64,000 nt of DNA, taken from Haliotis rufescens. Taxonomy: Eukaryota. A model generated the notes under the pieces. The model was not told where the DNA came from and did no database searches. It saw only the letters and a list, made by a program, of their open reading frames with translations. The stretch lies in the NCBI RefSeq assembly GCF_023055435.1, contig NW_025963891.1, forward strand, positions 5,828,001 through 5,892,000. Reading direction: 5' to 3'. Positions within the stretch are counted from its first letter, which is position 1. The number at the start of each line of letters is the position of its first letter. Both the position numbers and the translations under genes were made by a program. This document shows, in pieces, positions 1 to 9,997 of the stretch.

Positions 1-40
1 CGCGCAAACGACACAACTATTGGCGCCAGTATATTGTCTC

Positions 41-412
41 GGTAGTACTGTCCAGTGATCCTTTACATGGACTATATGCAATGACCCCGCCCCACATCTA
101 TACAGACCGACGTCCAAATCTGTCATGTTACCTTACGTTGACGTTCGTTAGGATGCCTCCAGACACGTCAAAGCCTATCCAGAAAGACAAGAGGAAAAAT
201 CTGGAATCCCTGAAAACATTGCACGAGACCATCTGCGATTCCCCCAGTTTCTATGCTCTAAGGTCGCCGTGCAAGCGGACGATTTCTTATCGTCTGTACA
301 GTTACTTAAACTCTTGAGGCCTGGCGTGATTTGATTGGCTGTTTGGCTCGATTTCTTGAAAGATCCCGGATTTATGTTGTTTACCTAGGGTACCCTGTGC
401 AGGGACGATCAT
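41..412. repeat. About 380-bp direct duplication, copy 1 (copy 2 at about 7691-8082)
   Basis: Near-identical sequence GGTAGTACTGTCCAGTGAT...GACGATCATT at both positions. Confidence 0.9.
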
Positions 413-589
413 TGCATTGCCTGGCCCAGTTCAGCTAACGTAGCGGATGGCCTTTGACGTCTGCGTACACGTCTCCCGATCATGTCGCAGACGTGCTCTA
501 TGCGGGAACGGTCAGGACTCATGGCTGGCCATTGCATTCTGGTGATGTTTTGCTGCTGCGGTCACGGTGGGCACGAGCGTTGTCGTCTT

Positions 590-720
590 GAATATTGCAG
601 CAATATCACGGCGGGGGACACCAGAAAAGGGCTTCACACATTGTACCCATGTCGGGAATCGAACCCGGGTCTTCGGCGTGACGAGCTAACGCTTTAACCA
701 GAAGGCTAGCCGACCGCCCT
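590..720 (-). mobile_element. tRNA-derived SINE (family 1), 3'-truncated
   Basis: Near-identical to 4265-4386. Confidence 0.85.
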
Positions 721-1630
721 CGAGGCGCGGGTAAAGGGAGATAACCATATAAGACAGGCCTACTGTAAAACACTCGAACACTTTCAGGCCATTTTTCCGA
801 AATATTGGGTATACACAGGAACTCGTTATTGGTCAGTAAATAAAAATATATACCCCCCCTATATGTAAGTAGAGAAATGGAGCGTCACTCGCCATCTTGC
901 CTGTTTGTTAACATTCGATATCCACGGCGATTTTTGTATTATAAGCTTATTGACAAGCGCATTTCTTGCCGTAGATTGATCGATAATACATTTCTACACA
1001 TGTACAAGTCATCTACATTCGAACAATGTCCCTTACTTACCGAAATATCGACAGTTTATTTCGCTACCTGGGAAAATGTTACCAACCCCGAGCGGAAGTA
1101 AATTTCAAACGCGGGCAAAATCGAGCGAGCCACCTGATTGGCTGAAAATACGCAGCCCTCTAATTAAAGAAATTAGTGCGAAATTTGAAGACAGTTATCT
1201 GGAGCGACAGCAGAATCTAAAAAATGACATCAGATAATTTCTTCAAATGGTAAATATTTATTATGAATATGTTTTTCATTTTATAATATACTTGTCATCT
1301 AAAGCTTATCTATTATTAGCTGGTGAATTTTAAATTTACATCACTATATTAATATAATAGGCACATTTTCATGTATACTGCCTGTGCCTTATGACATTAT
1401 GATTACTGGTCAAGCAGATTGAAAATGAATAAAGTGAACATTTCAAGTTAATATTTATCATGAATGCAAAGTAATAAATCTATTTAAGAATAATAAGTAA
1501 ATTACAACATTACATGATAATATGAATATCACAAACACCCAAATCTCATGATGTGCCATTATAATATATGAAATTCTGAATTTTTACCAATGGCAGCTAT
1601 ATTGCGATGTTACAATAATTCAATTTTCAG

Positions 1631-2290
1631 TTATGTAAAGTTCTTGAAACATTCTTGTACATGAAAAGTATGTTGAAGATAGCAAAAGTACTAAACCAGT
1701 TGAAGAGATTTTCCAGAAATTTTGTGACAACTTTGGTCACAGATCAAAAGTGTTTGTCGGAAAATATATAAAAAAATGCTTTTCCAAATATCACCACAAC
1801 CAGGCACCGAAAACCTGGTGATTGGACAAAAAAACATCACGGTTTACCGTGGCATCAATGTGAGATCTGAACAGACACAAAACATTGAATTTGCTGCAAT
1901 ATCTGATAACATTCCAAAAGACTATTTTGTACTGCATACTCTATAACTGTTGGAAGGCAGACAGGATTATCCTGTAATGGGAACATGATATATTTACAAG
2001 TGAGATTTTCTACTGGTGGGCATGTACATCTTTCCGTCAGTGGTACAGTAATAAATGACACTTTTGGTATTCAGTCTATACATTACGACTCAAAAAAACG
2101 TAACTCATTCTTTTCGACACTGAATGTGACAAGATACTGTCAGGGCATATCTCCTAACAGAATATCAGATGAGAAAGAAAATATTGTTCTTCAGCTAAAT
2201 TTTGAGAAGGAACCCATTGCATACTCTGCTAACTGTTTGAAGGTATTATCTTTGAATTGTTTAAAGTCAACAGTAACATGTCAGAACTGT
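1631..2290 (+). pseudogene. Degenerate TE-borne ORF: winged-helix (RFX-like) segment followed by a Cys-containing segment
   Basis: Across frameshifts reads YVEDSKSTKPVEEIFQKFCDNFGHRSKVFVGKYIK / AFPNITTTRHRKPGDWTK / NITVYRGI, then ORF 1985-2320 with YCQG...YSANCLKVL...TCQNC. Confidence 0.4.
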
Positions 2291-2425
2291 AGATTCCATT
2301 TCTCTTCAGTCTCTCCGTAATTTCCTTGATAAGAACCGTTTTTCCTGTGCCAGCCTGGCCAGATTAGAGTGTTGTGTCCATCTTTGATCAAATTCCATGC
2401 AAACACTTGTTCTTAAGTCAAAGCT
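2290..2425 (-). pseudogene. PIF1-type SF1B helicase N-terminal relic (Q motif plus Walker A)
   Basis: Manual translation with one stop and one frameshift: LT*EQVFAWNLIKDGHNTLI / GQAGTGKTVLIKEITERLKRNG. Confidence 0.65.
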
Positions 2426-3245
2426 GGTTGCACATGTGTTGTTGTTTTCACGCTGTCTTGACATAAGTAGGTCAGCCAATCAGGTGGCTCGCTCGATTCT
2501 GCCCGCGTTTGAAATTTACTTCCGCTCGGGGTTGGTAACATTTTCCCAGGTCGCGAAATAAACTGTCGATATTTCGGTAAGTAAGGGACATTGTTCGAAT
2601 GTAGATGACTTGTACATGTGTAGAAATGTATTATCGATCAATCTACGGCCAGAAATGCGCTTGTCAATAAGCTTATAATAAAAAAATCGCCGTGGATATC
2701 GAATGTAAACAAACAGGCAAGATGGCGAGTGACGCTCCTTTTCTCCACTTACATATAGGGGGTATATATTTTTATTTACTGACCAATAACGAGTTCCTGT
2801 GTGGGTATACCCTCGCGTAACCTTGATTCGTGGATATAAGGAAAGTTCACCCAAATTCGTGGTTTTAATGTCCGATTTTGTTTTGTATACTCACTGATCA
2901 TTTAATTCATCTATTAAACTATAAGAAAATGACGAAGATTCCACTCGTGACTGAAAAGTTTGTTTACCGAAGCCATTTGCATTCATCAGCCATTCATGTG
3001 CACACAAAATGTGACGTCACCTTGATTCGTGGATTACGTAGTAGATTATTGTATCGCTATGTACGAAAGCCCAGTACCGTAACTGTGTAATATTTTTTTA
3101 TGAATTCGAATCTATACCTACCAGCATTTTTGTGTCGGCTGATAACAGTTGAAGAGCATAGATATTTAACACACAACTCCAAAACGAATCTTGTCAATAA
3201 AGTTATGTACCCTATTTACAGGTAAGTTTGTGTCCTCTTTCAGTC

Positions 3246-5238
3246 CTACTCTTCCGATGGTTTGCATGGCAGACCATGGCAAGGGCAATAAAACGTGTCA
3301 TGCGTCCGAAGCACGCGCACTGGACAACAATACTGCAAGTGCACCCAGTGGTTACAGTCATGATACATGCACTGCCCCCATTGTACGAAAAACAGTGATG
3401 TGCATTGGGCCAGTTCAGCGGGCTGAAAGTGATGACACACGCAACATGTTTTGTCATCGGATATTGGCGAATCCTCACTGTCACTGCTGTATAGTAGATT
3501 GATCGCACCGGACGGTCCCGCTGCTGGCTCGGTGGTACTTTTATGTTTCTTTTGAGATTGTTTAGCATATGTATGTGACTTTGCTGGTCGTTTCTTTGTT
3601 GGTACTGGCTGTTTAGAAGTTGAACTTTTAACATAGTTTTTAACTTGAATTTCTATCTCTGGTTCAGTTATGGCTTTGCCGCTAACGATCTTGTGGATAG
3701 ATCTACGTGGTTTTCTTTGCTTCTTCTGAATGACGGGAAGCTGGTCAACAAAGAATTGGGTTTGGTCAAAGTTAGTGACGATATTTTCTTTCTCAACGTT
3801 AGGGTTCGAACGTGGGCTGTGTACGTCGTCAGTAGCTGGTACTTGCTGCGACTTGTCTTCAACGTGTGATGCGTGGATAAAAGCAGCTGGTTGGAATGCA
3901 GATTTATAAATCATATCTGGCGAAAAGGGATAGATTCCAGACTTTCTGAATGCCGACTGCAAGTGACCAGGCGTTAAAGCAGCAGAATATGCCCTGCAGG
4001 CTACGGAGGCGATGTTATATCTGTTGACTGTGGTACCATCAGACTTCAATAGCTTGTGACATTCGGCATTGTAGATTTTTGTAAACGGACCGAAACATCC
4101 CACGTCCATTGGCTGCAAAATATTGTGTGAGCCGGGAGGACAAACAACACAATATTGTGATCTTTTGCCCAGTCTATCAGAGACGGAGAAATGTGCGACT
4201 TGTGGCCATCGTACAGAAGAGTGAATGAGTGAGTATGGTTTTACGCCGCTTTTAGCAATATTCCAGCAATATCACGGCGGGGGACACCAGAAATGGGCTT
4301 CACACATTTTACCCATGTCGGGAATCGAACCCGGGTCTTCGGCGTGACGAGCGAACGCTTTAACCACGAGGCTACCCGACCGCCCCTCGTACAGAAGAAG
4401 CAAAGGTCTATTCGGCGTTGCTGGAGATGCATATCGAAGGAAATGCCTGTCCAAGTAATCTTGGAATATAACACCATTTGACCATCCTGATTCAGAAACA
4501 GTTCCTTCACTTCCCGCTGTACAGCCTTCAAGCAATTCACTGCGCATTCTAGCTCCCGCAAATACAAAGAAAGGTGGAATAAATGTGCCCAGAGCGTTTC
4601 CACATCCCAAAAGTGTGACGACAGACGATCTCTCCGAAGAAATCTCGTAGGCCACGGAATTTCTTGAGCCAACAATTTTCGGTGCGACATGGGACTGGTT
4701 GATTCCTTTCTCGTCAACGTTATAAATTGCTTCTGGTCTTGATTGGAAACCGTATTTGTCCATAATCATGGCAAATTCATCAAAATATTTGTTGATGCAT
4801 TCCTCTGAACTTGCTTTGGCACGAAGTTCCGTGAGAGACTTGGCACTTCTAACTTTCAACTCTGGCCATCGCTCCAACAGACCATATAACCACTTGACAG
4901 ATAATGGATGGGACAGGTCACGTTTTCCTAACTGACAAGCAAAGTTAGACCCGACAACTTCCTTCCTGGTATATCCGTATCCGATGGATGCCATGTATGT
5001 CACATGGTCAACAAGTCTAGTTTCCTGCTCCGCATCAAAAATTGGAGTTGCACCTGACTTGACAGTGTCAACATTGATCTTGCCTTTTATCCTGTCTCTC
5101 AGTGTTTGCTCGGGTACAGAGAAGTTTAATGTCGCTCTATGAACTGCAACTTTATTGTTTTTGACTTCCAAGTAAGCATTAGTCAAAGCTGTAGGCGAAT
5201 AACTTTTGTATCCCTGTCGCGAAGGCGTCGGTGAACCC
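3246..5238 (-). pseudogene. pogo-type transposase (psq HTH, Tc5/CENP-B HTH, DDD core, C-terminal PHD-like finger), disrupted
   Basis: ORFs 4272-5186 and 3246-4118: VPEQTLRDRIKG, IYNVDEKG, LLLLY(D)GHKSH, LPAHT..ILQPMDVGCFGP, CCVC...WGQC..C.HWVH...C...CPC. Broken by a SINE at 4221-4386 and a frameshift near 4122. Confidence 0.88.
4221..4386 (-). mobile_element. tRNA-derived SINE (family 1), full length
   Basis: Minus strand has A box TAGCCTCGTGG, B box GGTTCGATTCC and a (CACT)n-type tail; 12-bp TSD TCGTACAGAAGA at 4209-4220 and 4387-4398. Confidence 0.92.
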
Positions 5239-5979
5239 TATGAAAATGAAAAAAAAGCTATACGAGATGGCCCGAAAATGTTTCCATAGATTTATAATTT
5301 TAACAGACGGCAGCACCTCAAGTCACGTGACTTATGTTAATTGACATCTACACAAGCAGGCGACGTGAGATGAGAAGGGTGGTGCTTACGGTATATATTT
5401 TATTTGATGTTTTGTAAATATGAAATTTGGTATTAGTGATCTAGGGCTATTTATCTCAGTGTTGGACATTTGGTTTTTCTGTACTTACGTGTAATGCAGC
5501 GATTCGGAATATTTTTGTCAGCAAGGCGTGACAGTGTGTACATCAAAAGCACCGCTGTGTGACGTCATACGAGACTTAATTAACGAGATATCACGATAAT
5601 TACCGCGATCCACGAATCAAGGTTATCCACGAAATTAGGTAACGGTACCTATGGGATGAGAATTTTTCCATTGTATCCCCTTCATCAGAAAAGGTGAATG
5701 TTCGAGTGGATTCCATGGTGTCTGGCCACTCTGACGTGTGTAGGACACGGAAATAGAAACTCAAAGCGCATGCCGGTTTCAGACACGGACTGTAAAATGC
5801 GGAAGATAAGGCGAAATCAACATAAAAGATACTAAAATACTTGTCCTGCAACATGGATACGTGTGCTCTTTTGTGTCACTGTCGGCCCATTTTTTAAAAT
5901 GCAAATCTAAAATACACAATAGCTCTTCCCATTTTGAATATAGAACAAATATGGCGAATAACGATGAAATGAGCGAGAG

Positions 5980-6067
5980 CACAGGAGTCCGTATCTAAAA
6001 ATAGACACCCTCATGCATAATCCTGAATATGCATGAGGGCGTCTATTTTTAGATACGGACTCCTGTG
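5980..6067. mobile_element. 88-bp hairpin MITE, P-like termini
   Basis: 40-bp arms (one mismatch) with an 8-nt loop; termini CACAGGAG...CTCCTGTG; 7-bp TSD GCGAGAG at 5973-5979 and 6068-6074. Confidence 0.85.
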
Positions 6068-6402
6068 GCGAGAGAGATAAAGTAATGGTCGGACCCGGAT
6101 ATTGAAAACGGAACTGAAAAATAGATATTTGCCCCTTCTATCATCAAACATTCATTACATTTGGAAGTATTGTATTCAGTGTTCAATACTAAGAAGTGAT
6201 ATACGCACGTCGTATAACTATGAAACTATACCGTGGGACATTGATTGTTTTTGTGAAGTTCTTTTTCAACATTTCACTGATTATTGATGATGTATGTAAG
6301 AAGCGACTGTGTTGACAATGGCGGAGGTAGAAGGATGCGAGATCGAGAAATCGACTAGGAAAGCGAGAAAATGTAAATCTTTACGTCAGGTTTCAGCTAA
6401 AG

Positions 6403-7537
6403 ACTGCAGTATTTTGGTCCCCACTTCGGAAGGAACGTTTTTACGTGTTTACGGAAGTTGTCGAATGAAAAACGTTCCACGCATGCGCAGTTCGTTATTT
6501 ACGGTCGAAGCGAGAGGATTTGTTGGCCGCCATTTTTCTACCGAACGCTGTCTGCAGTTCAGTATTTTCTTACACAGACAACACACGGGGGGTACAAGGG
6601 GGGTTTGTCCCCCCTTGTCAAAATATTAAAGTAAAAATGGGGGGTAAAGGGGGGTCACACCCCCCTTTTTTCAAATAAATCGCACGACGGTAAGTTCATT
6701 CTGTTACTTGAACAATATATTTTGTTGGGCGGACAACACAGCGGGGTTCAAGGCAGGTACAACCCCACCTTTATGACATTTTTAAAGAAAAATACGGGGG
6801 GTAAAGGGGGAGGATCCCCCTTTTTCAAATAAATCGCAATATAGTATAACTTCATTCATAAAAGCATGTGAATTTTCATAGGAAAATTATCATCGATAGA
6901 TACTTTCTCATTCAAACAATTCATTTGAAACGTTGAATTCGTTTTGACTCATATAGATTCTAGGACCTAAGTCTGTGGATCCATCTAGACCTAGTTCAAT
7001 TTCTTTTTCTGCTTCTTTTTCATCTTTTTCTTAAACGATCATTTTGCTTCCTAAGTTTAATAAATGTAAACACAGCCGGTGAACTGATCAATTGAACAAC
7101 TGAAATATTTCTTTTCTGATAATGTTTTGAACAAAATAATTGTCATACATTCCCGCATTCGCCCCATACCTATGCAAAGATGTCTTCACTGTACGCCAAG
7201 TCGACTGTTTTATTTGTACAAGCCACACTTTATGAATTTACAAGTTATGAGCGAAGTTGCTTTCGTAGTAACGAGTCCATATAAGGAAAGTCACATGATC
7301 AGACACGTGACGTCCTACGTCATTTATGTCCCGCCCACAAACAACAAAAAGTTGACAGTTCAATAATTCGGCTTCACTTTCTATCGTAAAACTCTCTACC
7401 CCAACAGAGGCGGAGTTTTAGACCATACTTTTCACGTCCAGCTCATTTTTGGGGTCCTTTTTGCTTCCGTACTGAAACTGCCGAAGGCAGCGGTTGCCTT
7501 ACGGAAACCCCCGAAGTGGGGACCCAAATACTGCAGT
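6403..7537. mobile_element. Non-autonomous inverted-repeat element, superfamily unassigned
   Basis: ACTGCAGTATTTTGGTCCCCACTTCGG at 6403 is inverted at about 7511-7537; internal G/C-tract duplications at 6585-6840; no clear TSD. Confidence 0.55.
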
Positions 7538-7690
7538 TGACCCCAATAGGTTCAAGCAGGTGGGTACCGAAATGATTGCATTTCCATCACATTTCCATCG
7601 GAATAAGATGTGAAAAATCGCCCTAAAATAGCGATTTGATTGTAAACAAATCATCAAACGTACACACAGGTTAAGAACATCAGGGTGATG

Positions 7691-8082
7691 GTAGTACTGT
7701 CCAGTGATTCTTTACATGGACTATATGCAGTGACGTTCTGGCGGCCGTAATGACCCCGCCCCACATCTTTACAGACCGACGTCCAAATCTGTCATGTTAC
7801 CTTACGTTGACGTTCGTTAGGATGCCTCCAGACACGTCAAAGCCTATCCAGAAAGACAAGAGGAAAAATCTGGAATTCCTGAAAACATTGCACGAGACCA
7901 TCTGCGATTCCCCCAGTGTCTATGCTCTAAGGTCGCCGTGCAAGCGGACGATTTCTTATCGTCTGTACAGTAACTTAAACTCTTGAGGCCTGGCGTGATT
8001 TGATTGGCTGTTCGGCTCGATTTCTTGAAAGATCCCGGATTTATGTTGTTTACCTAGGGTACCCTGTGCAGAGACGATCATT
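7691..8082. repeat. About 390-bp direct duplication, copy 2
   Basis: Matches 41-412 with one short indel. Confidence 0.9.
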
Positions 8083-8279
8083 AATAGTTTGTGTCTGCAG
8101 ACACCCGTAGCAAAGACGCACTGAGGACACTGGCTACTTCTCGCTGAGTTCTACCAGTTTAAAGCTTTCCAATAGCCGTTCACCACGTTCTGACGACCCC
8201 GTCCCAATCTGATCACCAATACTGCATTAAAGCAAAAGTAGAGAGCATACGAGTTGCTGTGGCTACTATAGGAAAAGTT

Positions 8280-8530
8280 ACCCGTGAAGATCCGGGGTAG
8301 AATAGGTCCTCAGCAACCCATGCTTGCCGTTAGGCGTTAGGCGACTAACGGGATCGGGTGAACATGCTCGTTGACTTGGGTGATGCATGTCATCGATCTC
8401 AATTGTGTGGATCGATGCTCATGATTTCAATCACTGGATTGTCTGATCCAGACTTGATTATTTTACAGACCGTCGTCATATAACTTGAATATTGCTGTGT
8501 GCGGTGTTAAACAACAAAGAAACAAACAAA
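8280..8530 (+). mobile_element. Short retroposon family 2 (structured non-tRNA head)
   Basis: Head ACCCGTGAAGATCCGGGGTAGAATAGGTC; tail CCG(C/T)CGTCATATAGCTGGAATATTGCTG...GTTAAAC(AAAC)n; at least 8 copies in the window. Confidence 0.85.
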
Positions 8531-9150
8531 AGAAGGAATACAAGTCAACAAGACTAATGGCTCAGAGCGATTTAACGACCTTTCACTTTAGTGTCAATAT
8601 AAAGAATGACCCTCTTCCGACGTTCACGGAGGAAATACTTGGTCCACGTGCATGGTTAGCGAAGCGTTCTATCTCGGGCAGTCATATTTCAAACACAATC
8701 TTTCTACTGACGACCGATCATAATGTTTTGATTTCACGAACCCCTGATATTTTGTCTGAAACAAAAGTACTCAAAGACGGCGTTCAAGCACTCTACTCAC
8801 TCTGTCTGAAAAAGAACAAGAAACACATCTCATCTCGCACAGAGGACAGTCAAAGCATCCATTTCACACCTGCAGCTAAAGGGATATGAGGATATTCTAT
8901 CCTAAATAATGAATTATGTATAATTATATAAAGCCAATATTTGGGCCGTAAAGGTAAATTTGGTTACCCGTCAACATATCACGTTAAGTTAGAATGTTGT
9001 ACACGCAATACCACGCTTCCTGTAGAAGTAGGCCATTGGTATAATACACCTTTGACACTCTGGGCGGACGCGACAGTCCATATCGCCCTTGAGCATGGGG
9101 CTAACCATACGTAATACTGAGTTGTTAACTCACCGGACCAAAGCGTAAGC

Positions 9151-9412
9151 ACTCAGCAATATTCCAGCTATATGACGGCGGTCTGTTAATAATAGAGTCT
9201 GGACCAGACAATCCAGTGGTTGACATTAGCCTACATCATGAGCATTGATCTACGCAATTGGGATACGATGACATGCATTAACCAGAGTCATTAACCAGAG
9301 TCAGAGAGCCTGGCCACCCGATCCCGTTAGTCGCCTCTTACAACAAGCATAGTCGCCTTATACGGCAAGCATGGGTTGTTAAAGATCTTTTTCAACCTGG
9401 ATCTTCGCGGGT
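9151..9412 (-). mobile_element. Short retroposon family 2
   Basis: Reverse complement of the 8280/60557 copies. Confidence 0.85.
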
Positions 9413-9513
9413 GATTATTACATGTATAGTATAACCATGCATAACCTGTGCCATTCTGTATATTACAGGATTAATGTCCGTACCATCATTATGTACACCG
9501 TACCACTGCACTG

Positions 9514-9516
<3 letters not shown>

Positions 9517-9555
<39 letters not shown>
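9517..9555. repeat. (TG)n microsatellite
   Basis: Direct reading. Confidence 0.95.
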
Positions 9556-9558
<3 letters not shown>

Positions 9559-9997
9559 ATGTATACATGTACTGTGTACTACTGTTAACAGTTGCCAGAA
9601 CATGTATAACAAAACGGCAAGGTAGGAGAGTGATCTTGTTTGGCCAACTGGAAATAAACATTTTGAAATTGCGGACAAGTTTGAAATAATCGTATAAATA
9701 TTGTTAGATATTGACAAATGTTTCTTTACAGTCGCCCCTCAGCAGAAAAAAATATAATTTGATAGAACAATGTGTTTGAGAGTAAATCAATAAACAAAAA
9801 TAATAATTTAACTCTGATTCCTATAGTATTTTGATTACCTGTTGCCGACCTCGGTAATGAGCGGCACAGATAGGCGTGAGAAGGAACAACACAACAACCT
9901 TCTGCTTTTTGTGGGACAGCGGCCTGTAGTTGGACTGATATCAGGCGAGACGTGTTGCCACAACTTGGACCTTACCGGACTCGGGAGGACATCCATC

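Larger units (their letters stand above)
814..2801. mobile_element. Long-TIR DNA transposon derivative, P-superfamily-like, internally deleted
   Basis: About 330-bp inverted repeats 814-1145 and 2472-2801 starting CACAGGAACTCG; 8-bp TSD TGGGTATA at 806-813 and 2802-2809; degenerate coding relics on both strands inside. Confidence 0.85.
2816..5645 (-). mobile_element. pogo/Tigger (Tc5, CENP-B-related) DNA transposon, inactivated
   Basis: Motif AACCTTGATTCGTGGAT near the left end (2819, with a variant at 3020) and inverted near the right end (about 5608-5625); right end ...AACGG followed by TA; contains a DDE_1-type transposase. Confidence 0.8.

Noticed and set aside
814-2801. Helitron, suggested by the PIF1 relic
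   Set aside because: Long TIRs and an 8-bp TSD are not Helitron features, and no Rep/HUH motifs are seen.
41-8082. LTR retrotransposon bounded by the two 380-bp direct repeats
   Set aside because: No TG...CA ends, PBS/PPT, TSD or gag/pol; the interior is unrelated DNA transposons.
8280-8360. Hammerhead, HDV or twister ribozyme in the family-2 head
   Set aside because: No CUGANGA/GAAA core, and the helix order does not fit HDV or twister by eye; kept only as an unclassified structured motif.
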